42,375 bases of DNA from Parcubacteria group bacterium GW2011_GWA2_49_9 (GCA_001004005.1 LCQF01000009.1:1-42375), one strand, 5' to 3'. Numbered from the stretch's first letter, positions 1-8,964 are shown. The notes: a model not told the origin generated them from the sequence alone. Numbers and translations: made by a program.

Positions 1-152
1 CTTGAAGCGATGGAAAAAGAAAAAGGAATGAAAAAAGATGTGACTTTGTTACAATGTAGCGTATTAACAGAAAGGTTCGGATTAGGGGTTTAATGTGGGA
101 TGGACTCCGCTTGCAACGGTATCACTAAATACAGTCTTTGTCAACTTTCACT

Positions 153-190
153 TTTTAGCAAACACTGACGGCCGTCAGTGTTTGCTAAAA
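153..190. repeat. Perfect 38-bp palindrome with 30-bp core AGCAA-acactgacg-gc-cgtcagtgt-TTGCT
   Basis: ttttagcaaacactgacggccgtcagtgtttgctaaaa equals its own reverse complement; lies just past the recR stop. Confidence 0.9.
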
Positions 191-204
191 TCTATAGGAG
201 GAGG

Positions 205-813
205 CTATACGGAACGGTTTTTGAGGGCTGATTTGAGCGTTTCTTTGTCGGCGTATTCAAGTTCGCTTCCGGTGGAGAGGCCTCTGCCGAGCGTGCTGAC
301 TTTGACCGAGAGGGGAGCGAGTAATCGTTTGAGTTCATCCGCGGTGTGTTCGCCGTCTGGGTTGGCGGAGAGGGCGAGAATGATTTCTTTTAGCGTTCCG
401 TTTTTTGCTTCCTTCGCCACACGGGTCTGAATCTCGGCAAGGCGCAATTTCTCGCCGTTCTTTTTCTCAACCAGCGCGATAGTCCCTCCGAGTACAAAAT
501 ATTTTCCGAAGTACGTATTGCTTTTCTCCAACGCTTCAAGGTCAGTGTCTTTCGCCACCACCATAAGCTCGCCCGTATCGCGGTTCGGGTCGGCGCAAAT
601 AGGGCAGAGGGTGGAGCCGTTTTTCTTTTGAAAAAAGCGGAAACACTCCTTGCACTGCACGATATGGTCCTTAAGATTGGCGACCAGCGTGTTCAACTCC
701 TCAAGATATTCTTTATCACGCGATAACAGAAAAAAGACAAACCGCTTGGCTTGGCGTGGCCCGATGCCGGGAAACTGACGGAAGAGGTCACTAAGCTTAT
801 TGAAGGAATCCAT
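205..813 (-). CDS. recR: Recombination mediator RecR
   Basis: FPGIGPRQAKR HhH motif, C4 zinc finger (CKEC...CPIC), Toprim domain, ELEYADKETL; ATG at 813 preferred to TTG at 819. Confidence 0.95.
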   Translation of the reverse strand: MDSFNKLSDLFRQFPGIGPRQAKRFVFFLLSRDKEYLEELNTLVANLKDHIVQCKECFRFFQKKNGSTLCPICADPNRDTGELMVVAKDTDLEALEKSNTYFGKYFVLGGTIALVEKKNGEKLRLAEIQTRVAKEAKNGTLKEIILALSANPDGEHTADELKRLLAPLSVKVSTLGRGLSTGSELEYADKETLKSALKNRSV

Positions 814-817
814 AAGC

Positions 818-920
818 AATTTCTAATTGTCTAATTTCTAATTCACCTAATAAAATTTCCAATCCGAAATCTAGCTTTAGACATTTTATTAGAAATTAGG
901 TGAATTAGGTAATTAGGAAT
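818..920. repeat. CTAATT-unit imperfect inverted-repeat element, copy 1
   Basis: aatttctaattcacctaataaaa...ttttattagaaattaggtgaattaggtaattag; near-identical copies at 7908, 30843 and 36924. Confidence 0.85.
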
Positions 921-926
921 TCCGCC

Positions 927-2318
927 CTAGAAAGGTTCTTGGGCTGTTTTCGCTGTCCGCTCAAAGTCACTGAAGTCGCTCTTTTCAAGCGACTGGAATG
1001 TCGCCTTCTTCTCATCAAAATAGAGTTCCACCTTACCCGTGGGGCCGTTGCGGTGCTTCTCTATCAGAATCTCGGCGATGTTCGGCCGGTCGGAATCTTC
1101 TTTGTACTTGTCTTCACGATGAATAAACATCACGACGTCGGCGTCTTGCTCGATGGAGCCCGAATCGCGAAGGTCGGAGAGACGTGGACGCCCTCCACGT
1201 TGCTCAACGGCACGCGAGAGTTGTGAGAGTGCGAGTACCGGTACATCCAATTCACGAGCAAGATGCTTCAGGGAACGCGAGATTTCCGTCACTTGCTGGA
1301 CAAGGTTGTCCGAGTGACGCGCTTGCGTCGGCGCCATAAGCTGGAGGTAGTCAACAATAATCATACCAAGACCCTTCTCGCTCTTGAGACGTCGCGCTAC
1401 CGAGCGCATCTTGAGAATGTTGTTGGCAGGTTGGTCGTCTATATAAATCGGAGCCTTGGACAGACGGTCAAGCGAATCGCGGATTTTACCAAACTCGTCT
1501 GAAGCGTTCAGTTTGCCGGTGCGCAATTTCCACGCGTCAACGCGGGACTCTGCCGCGAGCATACGGTCTACAAGTTGCTGTGAACTCATTTCAAGCGAGA
1601 AAATGCCGACAGGAACATTGTGATTGGTCGCGGCCTGTCGCGCAATATCGAGTGCGAGCGAGGTCTTTCCCATACTCGGACGGGCGGCGAGGATAATCAG
1701 GTCCGACTTCTGGAAACCGGCAAGCTTGCTGTCGAGGTCTTTAAAGCCGGTCGGCACACCGCGCAGTTCGTCCCCCGACTTGTGTAGACGGTCAAGACGT
1801 TCCCACGCTTCGCCAAGCGTGTCCTTCAGTTCAATGAACTTATGCACACCCGAGCGCTGGGTGATTTCAAAGATGCGCTTTTCCGCGCGTTCCATCAGAT
1901 TCTCCAAATCCTCTGCGTCATCGTAGCCGAGTTCGCCGAGATACTGCGATGCCTCAATAAGTCCGCGCATCAAATGTTTTTTTTGAATAAGTTCCGCGTA
2001 GTGCTTAAGGTTTGTGGAAGAGGGGACGGAGGCGGTAAGTTCGGCAAGGTAGCTGGAACCACCCGCCGCCTCAAGCTCGCTCTTTTCGGTAAGGCGTGAG
2101 GAAAGAGAAAGGAGGTCAATCGGAATATTTTTCGTCCCAAGCTCAACCATCGCTTTCCAAATAAGGCGATGCCGGCCGGAGTAAAAAACCGCCTCGGTAA
2201 TCACATCAAGCACTTCAGAAAGACCGTCGGGGCGGAGCATAATAGAACCAAGAAGCGCTTTCTCGGCATCCAAATTTTGCGGAGGGACCCGAAGACCGGT
2301 TGGTTTCTTCTCTGTCAT
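927..2318 (-). CDS. dnaB: Replicative DNA helicase DnaB
   Basis: PPQNLDAE N-terminus, Walker A AARPSMGKT, IIVDYLQL, LSQLSR, DLRDSGSIEQDAD, KHRNGPTG. Confidence 0.98.
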   Translation of the reverse strand: MTEKKPTGLRVPPQNLDAEKALLGSIMLRPDGLSEVLDVITEAVFYSGRHRLIWKAMVELGTKNIPIDLLSLSSRLTEKSELEAAGGSSYLAELTASVPSSTNLKHYAELIQKKHLMRGLIEASQYLGELGYDDAEDLENLMERAEKRIFEITQRSGVHKFIELKDTLGEAWERLDRLHKSGDELRGVPTGFKDLDSKLAGFQKSDLIILAARPSMGKTSLALDIARQAATNHNVPVGIFSLEMSSQQLVDRMLAAESRVDAWKLRTGKLNASDEFGKIRDSLDRLSKAPIYIDDQPANNILKMRSVARRLKSEKGLGMIIVDYLQLMAPTQARHSDNLVQQVTEISRSLKHLARELDVPVLALSQLSRAVEQRGGRPRLSDLRDSGSIEQDADVVMFIHREDKYKEDSDRPNIAEILIEKHRNGPTGKVELYFDEKKATFQSLEKSDFSDFERTAKTAQEPF

Positions 2319-2390
2319 AGTTTTGTCATTGTAACACTGCGCCTTTCTCGGTCAACGAAGGCAGTTCACAAGATGTGGGTAGCAAGGGGA

Positions 2391-2421
2391 AAACAAAAAG
2401 AGAACCGATTACACGGTTCTC
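2391..2421 (-). terminator. Putative intrinsic terminator
   Basis: Minus strand gagaaccg-tgtaat-cggttctc followed by tttttgtttt. Confidence 0.55.
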
Positions 2422-2468
2422 GTATCATACATTACATCTAGTGTCCTTTTTTCTCCAATCGCGCTTGT

Positions 2469-2738
2469 CTAACGGCTGCACAACCAAAGAAGAAAGTTGA
2501 GTATGCACAGAACTGCAACAATCTGCAAAACGACCCAAATTGGACCACCGATGGCAGTGAGTCCCAGTACCGGCCAAAAGGTCAGCGGCGTTCTGTACCA
2601 GAGAGCAATGTACAGTCCTGCGGGAATGAGTACAACGACGAAGGCAAGAGTAACGCCGATTACATAACCGGCCCAACGAAGAGGAGCCATTAGAGTTTTC
2701 ACTGCAATAAGACTGCCACCTGTCGGCAACAACGTCAA
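2469..2738 (-). CDS. Small hypothetical membrane protein
   Basis: 89-aa ORF with two long hydrophobic segments, followed by a terminator; start codon uncertain. Confidence 0.45.
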   Translation of the reverse strand: MTLLPTGGSLIAVKTLMAPLRWAGYVIGVTLAFVVVLIPAGLYIALWYRTPLTFWPVLGLTAIGGPIWVVLQIVAVLCILNFLLWLCSR

Positions 2739-2781
2739 TAATACGTAATATATACAAGGCTAAAAAGGTTATACTTATACT

Positions 2782-3465
2782 ATGCAAGACGTTATTTTAG
2801 CCGCGGGACTCGGGACCAGGATGCGCCCACTGACGAACACGGTTGCCAAATCGCTCGTGAAGATTGCTGGCCGCCCGCTTTTAGAATACACCTTTGACGC
2901 GCTTCCCGATGAAGTAGATGAGGTCATCATTGTCATCGGTTATCTCGGTGAACAAATCAGGGCATATCTCGGCGACATGTTTAGAGGTCGCTGCATCAAG
3001 TATGTTGTTCAGAACAAACTGGAGGGCACAGCGAAGGCGCTCTGGGAAGCAAAACCCTTTTTGAAGGGCAGGTTTGTGGTGCTTATGGCCGACGATATTT
3101 ATGGGAAAGAAGATATTGAAAAATGCCTGCAGCACGAACAGTCGATGCTTGTGTACCGGCAAAAACGCGAATCTCCCGGTGGAGAGGTGGTATTGAACAA
3201 AAAAGGCGAACTTGCTGAAGTGCTCGAAAAAAATTCAATCCCAATCGGTGCGCTGGTTGCCACCAATGTCTATGTGCTCACGCCGGCGTTTTTCCAGTAT
3301 GAACCGGTAAAAAAGCATCCCGATTCGCCCGAATACGGCCTTCCCCAAACTGTTGTAGAAATGTCCCAAGACCACCCCGTTTTTGTAGTGGAAGCCACCC
3401 GTTGGCTCAAAATCACCACCCCCGAAGACCTCATTCTCGCCGAAAAAAGCCTTAACCTAGGCTAA
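2782..3465 (+). CDS. Sugar-phosphate nucleotidyltransferase (NTP_transferase family)
   Basis: VILAAGLGTRMRPLT...KSL signature, GTAKAL, MADD. Confidence 0.9.
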   Translation: MQDVILAAGLGTRMRPLTNTVAKSLVKIAGRPLLEYTFDALPDEVDEVIIVIGYLGEQIRAYLGDMFRGRCIKYVVQNKLEGTAKALWEAKPFLKGRFVVLMADDIYGKEDIEKCLQHEQSMLVYRQKRESPGGEVVLNKKGELAEVLEKNSIPIGALVATNVYVLTPAFFQYEPVKKHPDSPEYGLPQTVVEMSQDHPVFVVEATRWLKITTPEDLILAEKSLNLG

Positions 3466-3483
3466 AACTTCAGTTGTCCCATT

Positions 3484-3517
3484 TCAGCAATAACAAGCGG
3501 TCGCTTGTTATTGCTGA
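3484..3517. repeat. Palindrome abutting the stop codon of the PaaX/Cas2-like gene
   Basis: tcagcaataacaagcg-gt-cgcttgttattgctga; core 3486-3515 identical to 4156-4185. Confidence 0.95.
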
Positions 3518-4132
3518 TTATACTTCTTGATTCATACCAAAGAAATCTTTTAGCATTTTTTCGTTATCGATATGAACGGCAAGAATATAACGGATGTATT
3601 TCCCAACATTATAGAGACCAGCGATAAATTGTATTTCGCTCAAACACTCATAGGGATAGATAAAGACTGATTTTTGTAGTTCGTAAAAACCGAGCCGAAA
3701 GAGGTGCTCTCTTAGCGAATCACGAGCGGATTTTTCATCCTCGGGGACATCAAAGGAAACGATTCGCCACAGCCTGTCCCATCGTGAAGGAACAGGTATT
3801 TTCATCCTCACGATATCGTATGTTAATGCTTTCTTACGGCCTTTCTCGGAAAGGGTGAGTGTTGCTGTCCCATCCGCGTTTTCCTTCGCCTCGACAAGCT
3901 CCGAGGCATAAAGAGAATTCACTACTCGCTCGGCGGCCTGTCGTCCCAGTTCCTTCCACTCCTTGTTCATACCTTGCACGATTTTCCACGAGGTGCGAGG
4001 CGAACCCGAAAGACCAAGAGTAAGACCGCCGAGCAACAGAAGAAGCGCTTTTCTTTTAGCGATTCCTATCCGGCAATCTTTATGCCGTGCTAGTTTATCG
4101 CGCACCTCTTTCATTTTTTCCTGTTTACTCAT
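3518..4132 (-). CDS. PaaX-like protein (winged helix plus Cas2-like domain)
   Basis: wHTH region ending LTLSEKGRK, then WDRLWRIVSFDVPE...RDSLREHL..LGFYELQKSVF, typical of the PaaX central / Cas2-like fold. Confidence 0.85.
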   Translation of the reverse strand: MSKQEKMKEVRDKLARHKDCRIGIAKRKALLLLLGGLTLGLSGSPRTSWKIVQGMNKEWKELGRQAAERVVNSLYASELVEAKENADGTATLTLSEKGRKKALTYDIVRMKIPVPSRWDRLWRIVSFDVPEDEKSARDSLREHLFRLGFYELQKSVFIYPYECLSEIQFIAGLYNVGKYIRYILAVHIDNEKMLKDFFGMNQEV

Positions 4133-4155
4133 GGTAAGTAGGGGACGATAATCTA

Positions 4156-4185
4156 AGCAATAACAAGCGGTCGCTTGTTATTGCT
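4156..4185. repeat. 30-bp palindrome upstream of the PaaX/Cas2-like gene
   Basis: agcaataacaagcg-gt-cgcttgttattgct, identical to 3486-3515. Confidence 0.95.
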
Positions 4186-4192
4186 AAAAGGC

Positions 4193-5465
4193 TTACAGTT
4201 TTTTGCGGATGATGGGGCCGAAGTCGGTGTCCATCACCTCGTAACCTTCCTTTTGAATTTGGTCGCGGAGTTCGTCGGATTTTTTGAAGTCTTTGACTTT
4301 GCGCGCGTCTTCGCGTGCCGTGGCAAGTTTTTTTATAGCTTCGGGAATAGGTTTATCTGAGGTTATCAAATCTCTTTTGTCCAGTTCAAGCCCTAGGACC
4401 TTATCGAAATCTAGAATTGTAGCTCGCTTTTCTTCTGGAGATATCTTTAAATCATCCCGTACAGCAAAGAGCACACTAAGACCAACTGCCGTATTTAAGT
4501 CGTCATTAATTGCATCCAGAAACCTGTCTTTGTAACTCTGATTTATTCTTCCACCTTCAGGTAATTCGCAAATTTCTCTTCTTAGCGATTGCAGACCAGC
4601 TCCAAGTAATACAGGCAGTCCAACATATTTAATTGGCGTGCTATATTTTGCCAGAAGTAAAAAGTATCGATACGCAAGTGAGTGAATACCCTCGTCTTTT
4701 AATGTCTGCAGAGTAATAAAATTTTCCCCGGACTTTGCCATCTTGGTGTCGCCCATATTGACGAACTCATTGTGAAGCCAAAAGTTCGCAAGGGGAGTGT
4801 CGTAGGCCGCTTCGGACTGGGCGATTTCGTTTTGGTGGTGCGTCGGAATATGGTCGATACCTCCGGTATGAATATCAAACGGTTGCCCGAGGAATTTGCG
4901 GGACATCGCGGAACATTCGATATGCCAGCCGGGGAAACCTTTGCCGTAGGGCGGGAAATCCCAGCCTAAATCAGTCGAGGAAAACTTCCACAGAGAAAAA
5001 TCGCGCGGATTTTTCTTTTCCGCGTTTATCGCAATGCGCGCACCCTCTCGCAGGTCGCCGAGCTTAAACCCTCCCCGTGTTCCGTATGAAGGGAACTTGG
5101 ATGTATCAAAATAAATACCGTCACTCGTCTTGTAGGCGCTTCCTTTCTCCAACAGTTTTTGCACAATCTCAATATCTTCCGCGATATTGTCGCTCGCGCG
5201 AGGCATCGCATCGGGCAGTTCGATATTGAGTGCCTTCAAATCTTCCGTAAACGCGGTTTCGTATTTCCGCGCGATTTCCTGCATTGCTTCAAACGTAAAG
5301 GGTTTTCCTTCGCGCTTCAGCGCCTTTATCATCTTGTCGTCGCCGTCATCGTTATCGGAGGTGAGGTGGCCGACGTCGGTGATGTTCATTACGTGCTTTA
5401 CCTTGTAGCCGTTGTATTTGTTTGAATTCCTCTTTTTTGCCAGTGAGGGTGTTGTAGAGAAGCAT
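4193..5465 (-). pseudogene. cysS: Cysteine--tRNA ligase with internal deletion and frameshift near the 5' end (or a local assembly error)
   Basis: MLLYNTLTGKKEEFK from ATG 5465 joins out of frame at ~5420 to KYNGYKVKHVMNITDVGH...GFPGWHIECSAM...DIHTGG...KMAKS; the CGPTVY and HIGH segment is absent. Confidence 0.8.
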
Positions 5466-5558
5466 AGCTTATAGCGTATAGCGTATAGCGTATAGCGTAT
5501 AATTTCCAGAAAGATTCTCCTTTCTTTCCTAAAAGCTATAAGCTAACAGCTATCAGCT
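5466..5558. repeat. 7-bp-unit tandem/inverted repeat (TATAGCG x4, AGCTA units)
   Basis: tatagcg x4 at 5470-5497; aaaagctataagctaacagctatcagct at 5531-5558; related tract in opposite orientation at ~9332-9368. Confidence 0.75.
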
Positions 5559-5561
5559 TTT

Positions 5562-6476
5562 TCAGAACCACTGCTTCCGTCTGGCGAGCCAGAACAGAAA
5601 CGCGGTACCAAAAAGGGTGAGCGACACAATAATAAGCCAGTCGTATGGCCCGCCGATTATCGGCGTATGAGCAGTACTCATCTGGAAAAAGTTGGTCACT
5701 ACCGACGCGGGGAGCGTCAAGAACGCGATAACGGTAATGATACGCATTGTTTCCGTCTCCTTGGTATCAAGGAGCGAGTTATTCGTCTCGCGGAGTTCCA
5801 CCAGGAGTGCGAGGTTGCTGTCAACCGCGTTTCCCACGCGGCCGAAGCTTCCGATAAGCGTCTGTAGCTGGAACGCGAAGCTCTCGCCAAACAGTATTCG
5901 TCCAGCTACGGCGAACGACTGGAGGACATCGCGGTGAAGCGCGAGTGCCCGCTTGGTTTCCAAAAGGTTACGGGAAAGTTTGGAAAGGGCGACGACCATC
6001 TGCCGCTCCTTACCGTCAAAAATTTTCTGCTCAATATCGCGCATACTATCACTCCCGACCGAAAGCTCATTCAGGACGGACTCATACAATTTCTCAATCA
6101 TATGCGCGAACACAAAACCGGCATGAGTGCCGAAATCCTCTTTACCCAACACCGCGCTTGCCTCAAAGAGTTTGGCGAACACGTGCAAGACCTCATTTCC
6201 GCTGTAGCGAACCGTGATAAGAAACTTTTTACCGACGATAAAATCTATTTCCTGACTTTGCTCGCTGGTACGGTCGCGACGGAAACGGGGGAAATGAAGA
6301 ATCAGGTAAATGAAGTCTTTATATAAATCCACCTTCGGCTTTACGGACGGAGCGGAGAGCTCATGAACGACGAGAGGATTGAGGTCATACTCCTTCGCGA
6401 GCGCGCGTATTTCGTCCTGTGTTGGGGATTCCGCGTCAATCCACGTGAGTTTGCGGTTCGTGTGCTTTGTTATCAT
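5562..6476 (-). CDS. CorA-family divalent cation transporter (QMS in place of GMN)
   Basis: MITKH..LTWIDAESPT, LILHFP, EIDFIVGKKFLITV, two C-terminal TM helices; ATG 6476 lies 6 nt after TATACT. Confidence 0.9.
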   Translation of the reverse strand: MITKHTNRKLTWIDAESPTQDEIRALAKEYDLNPLVVHELSAPSVKPKVDLYKDFIYLILHFPRFRRDRTSEQSQEIDFIVGKKFLITVRYSGNEVLHVFAKLFEASAVLGKEDFGTHAGFVFAHMIEKLYESVLNELSVGSDSMRDIEQKIFDGKERQMVVALSKLSRNLLETKRALALHRDVLQSFAVAGRILFGESFAFQLQTLIGSFGRVGNAVDSNLALLVELRETNNSLLDTKETETMRIITVIAFLTLPASVVTNFFQMSTAHTPIIGGPYDWLIIVSLTLFGTAFLFWLARRKQWF

Positions 6477-6483
6477 CTGAACA

Positions 6484-6530
6484 GTATACCCCCACACCAA
6501 CTTTGCGACAAAGTTGGTGTGGGGGTATAC
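6484..6530. repeat. CCCCCACACCAA/TTGGTGTGGGGG palindromic element, intergenic copy
   Basis: 22-bp perfect arms with 3-nt loop; TATACC direct repeat at 6485-6490 and 6526-6531. Confidence 0.9.
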
Positions 6531-6614
6531 CGCAAACTGTGACGGCGGGAAATTGTGCGCGAATAACCGCAGCAGTTTGTAAATCTTTTTCCGGAATGAG
6601 ATAATGCGAGGGTT

Positions 6615-7901
6615 ATGGAACCCACACACGGAAGAGGAGCGCAGTTCTATGTGACGGCCATCATCGTCTTCGGGGCGATTTTTTTCGCCGGTTTTGCCGT
6701 GGGTGAACGTTTCGTGTCTCCGGTACAGAAAATCAGCACGCTCGAGGGCAAGGAAGCCTCGGCGGGAGTCAAAAACACAGCCGATTTCACTCCCTTCTGG
6801 ACCGCGTGGAATGTGCTCAACGAGAAATATGTTCCCGCGACGACGACTGCCGTGGCGAGTGACCAGCAGAAGGTGTGGGGAGCCATTGAAGGGCTTACCT
6901 CTTCGGTCAATGACCCCTACACGGTATTCTTTCCGCCCGACGAGGCGAAAATGTTTGAAAGTGAAATCAGCGGACACTTTGAAGGTGTCGGTATGGAAAT
7001 CGGCGTGAAGGACGACACGCTTACCGTCATCGCTCCGCTTAAGGGCACTCCTGCAGAACGCGCGGGTATTCGCCCCGGTGACAAGATTTTGAAGATAAAT
7101 GAAGAGGTGAGCACTACTCTGCGCGTAGATGAGGCGGTGAAGCTCATCCGCGGCAAGAAGGGAACAGAAGTCACCCTCACCCTGTATAGGGAAGGGAGGA
7201 AAGAGCCGTTTGACCTCAAGGTGATGCGCGACGTGATTAATACGCCGACACTTGAGACGGAGGTGAAGCAAGGGAAAACGGCTTCGTCCGACGGCACGAC
7301 GGAAACGGGAAGCGGACTCCTTAGGAGCGGTATATTCGTGATTCGGCTCTTCAGTTTTTCAGCCACCTCACCTCGTCTTTTCCGCGACGCCCTCCGAGAG
7401 TTTGTGGAAACCGGCTCTAATAAACTCCTCCTTGATCTCCGTGGTAATCCGGGAGGCTATCTGGAAGCGGCGGTAGATATGGCGAGCTGGTTCCTGCCTC
7501 CGGGGGCGACTATTGTTACCGAAGACGCGGGAGCGAAGGGGGCACGAAATGTGCATCGGAGCCGCGGCTACGACGTATTCAACGACAGTCTCAAAATGGT
7601 TATTCTGGTCAATGGCGGTTCCGCTTCCGCATCCGAAATTTTGGCGGGAGCGCTTCAGCAGCACGGCATAGCGAAACTTGTGGGTACACAAACGTTCGGC
7701 AAGGGTTCGGTGCAGGAATTGGTCAAGATTACACCCGATACATCGCTCAAGGTGACGGTGGCGCGCTGGCTTACGCCCAACGGAATATCCATATCGCTGA
7801 AAGGCATTACTCCCGACATAGAGGTAAAACTTACTCCCGATGATGTAGAGAAAAAGCGCGACCCGCAGATGGATAAAGCGATTGAATTGCTCACAAAGTG
7901 A
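6615..7901 (+). CDS. S41 carboxyl-terminal processing protease (CtpA-like, PDZ domain)
   Basis: DPYT, GVG PDZ entry, LDLRGNPGG, SASASEI, TFGKGSVQ, GITPD. Confidence 0.95.
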   Translation: MEPTHGRGAQFYVTAIIVFGAIFFAGFAVGERFVSPVQKISTLEGKEASAGVKNTADFTPFWTAWNVLNEKYVPATTTAVASDQQKVWGAIEGLTSSVNDPYTVFFPPDEAKMFESEISGHFEGVGMEIGVKDDTLTVIAPLKGTPAERAGIRPGDKILKINEEVSTTLRVDEAVKLIRGKKGTEVTLTLYREGRKEPFDLKVMRDVINTPTLETEVKQGKTASSDGTTETGSGLLRSGIFVIRLFSFSATSPRLFRDALREFVETGSNKLLLDLRGNPGGYLEAAVDMASWFLPPGATIVTEDAGAKGARNVHRSRGYDVFNDSLKMVILVNGGSASASEILAGALQQHGIAKLVGTQTFGKGSVQELVKITPDTSLKVTVARWLTPNGISISLKGITPDIEVKLTPDDVEKKRDPQMDKAIELLTK

Positions 7902-7907
7902 GCAATC

Positions 7908-8010
7908 AATTTCTAATATCTAATTTCTAATTCACCTAATAAAATTTCCAATTCCTAGTTTGGTATTTGGCCTTTTATTAGAAATTAGGTGAATTAGGTA
8001 ATTAGAAATT
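7908..8010. repeat. CTAATT-unit inverted-repeat element, copy 2
   Basis: Near-identical to 818-920. Confidence 0.85.
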
Positions 8011-8072
8011 ACGAATGTTGATATTCTCTCCCAAATACGTTACTCTCTCTAAACACAGTTAACTAACAAAAC

Positions 8073-8516
8073 ATGAAGGTAGTCTTATTGAAAGACATTC
8101 CCGGCGTGGGCCGGAAGAACGAAGTGAAGAACGTATCCGATGGATACGCGCTTAACATGCTTATTCCGAAGAAGCTTGTGGTTCCGGGGACTCCCGCTTC
8201 GATAGCGCACGCCGAGCGTCTGAAGTCCGAAGAAGAAACCCAGCGTAAAATTCAGGAGGACCTGCTCTTTAAGAACCTAGCTTCCATGCAGGGCCTGATG
8301 ATAGAGATTTCAGGGAAGGCTAATGAGCAAGGGCATCTCTTCGCGAGCATTCACCCCGAGACGATTATCGCCGAGCTTAAGAAGCAGAAAGGGGTAGACC
8401 TTTCTCCCGAGTTTCTGCAACTGGAAAAGCCTCTTAAAGAAGTGGGGGAGCACAAGATTCCCGTAAAGGTGCAAGGGAAAACTGGAGGCTTCACTGTTCT
8501 CGTAAAAGCGGCATAA
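8073..8516 (+). CDS. rplI: 50S ribosomal protein L9
   Basis: MKVVLLKDIPGVGRKNEVKNVSDGYALNMLIPK, GHLFASI, KPLKEVGEH. Confidence 0.97.
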   Translation: MKVVLLKDIPGVGRKNEVKNVSDGYALNMLIPKKLVVPGTPASIAHAERLKSEEETQRKIQEDLLFKNLASMQGLMIEISGKANEQGHLFASIHPETIIAELKKQKGVDLSPEFLQLEKPLKEVGEHKIPVKVQGKTGGFTVLVKAA

Positions 8517-8529
8517 TTCTTGAAGCACA

Positions 8530-8566
8530 AACAAAAACCCCTTCCGAAGCGGAAGGGGTTTTTGTT
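8530..8566. terminator. Bidirectional intrinsic terminator between convergent rplI and rpmA
   Basis: aacaaaaaccccttccg-aag-cggaaggggtttttgtt. Confidence 0.9.
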
Positions 8567-8586
8567 AGTAGAAATTATAGTAGAAA

Positions 8587-8859
8587 TTACGCTACGTTTA
8601 CTTGTTTGCGCACCGTCATACTGCCGTCGAACTTTACCTTGCGCTTGTTTTTGAATGAGACAATGCCGTCCTTCTCCGCGAAGAGGGTGTGGTCTTTCGC
8701 GACGGAAACGTTTTTCCCCGCCACGAATACCGTTCCGCGCTGGCGTACGAGAATGTTTCCGGTCTTTGCTTTCTGACCCGCGTGCAATTTAACCCCAAGA
8801 TATTGAGGGTTCGATCCTGTGAGATTTTTTGCTGTCCCTCCGGCTTTTTTATGTGCCAT
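8587..8859 (-). CDS. rpmA: 50S ribosomal protein L27
   Basis: MAHKKAGG, LGVK, GNILVRQRGT, KDHTLFA. Confidence 0.97.
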   Translation of the reverse strand: MAHKKAGGTAKNLTGSNPQYLGVKLHAGQKAKTGNILVRQRGTVFVAGKNVSVAKDHTLFAEKDGIVSFKNKRKVKFDGSMTVRKQVNVA

Positions 8860-8964
8860 GTGACTGATTTTTAAGGAGTGTAACGACTATAAAAATCGTC
8901 ATCCCGTAAAAACCGACTGAAAGGAGGTTTTATACGGGAGCTCCACTTGATATACTTATGTCTA

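Noticed and set aside
1-93. Possible 3' end of a CDS (LEAMEKEKGMKKDVTLLQCSVLTERFGLGV*)
   Set aside because: Only 30 codons are visible and there is no recognisable motif.
3518-4132. CRISPR-Cas locus suggested by the Cas2-like motif and 30-bp palindromic repeats
   Set aside because: Only two repeats, 670 bp apart and enclosing a whole gene; no spacers, cas1 or other cas genes.
6477-7271. N-terminal 265-aa extension of the 569-aa CorA ORF in the track
   Set aside because: Mostly antisense to the S41 protease and reads through a palindrome; CorA similarity and a -10 box point to ATG 6476.
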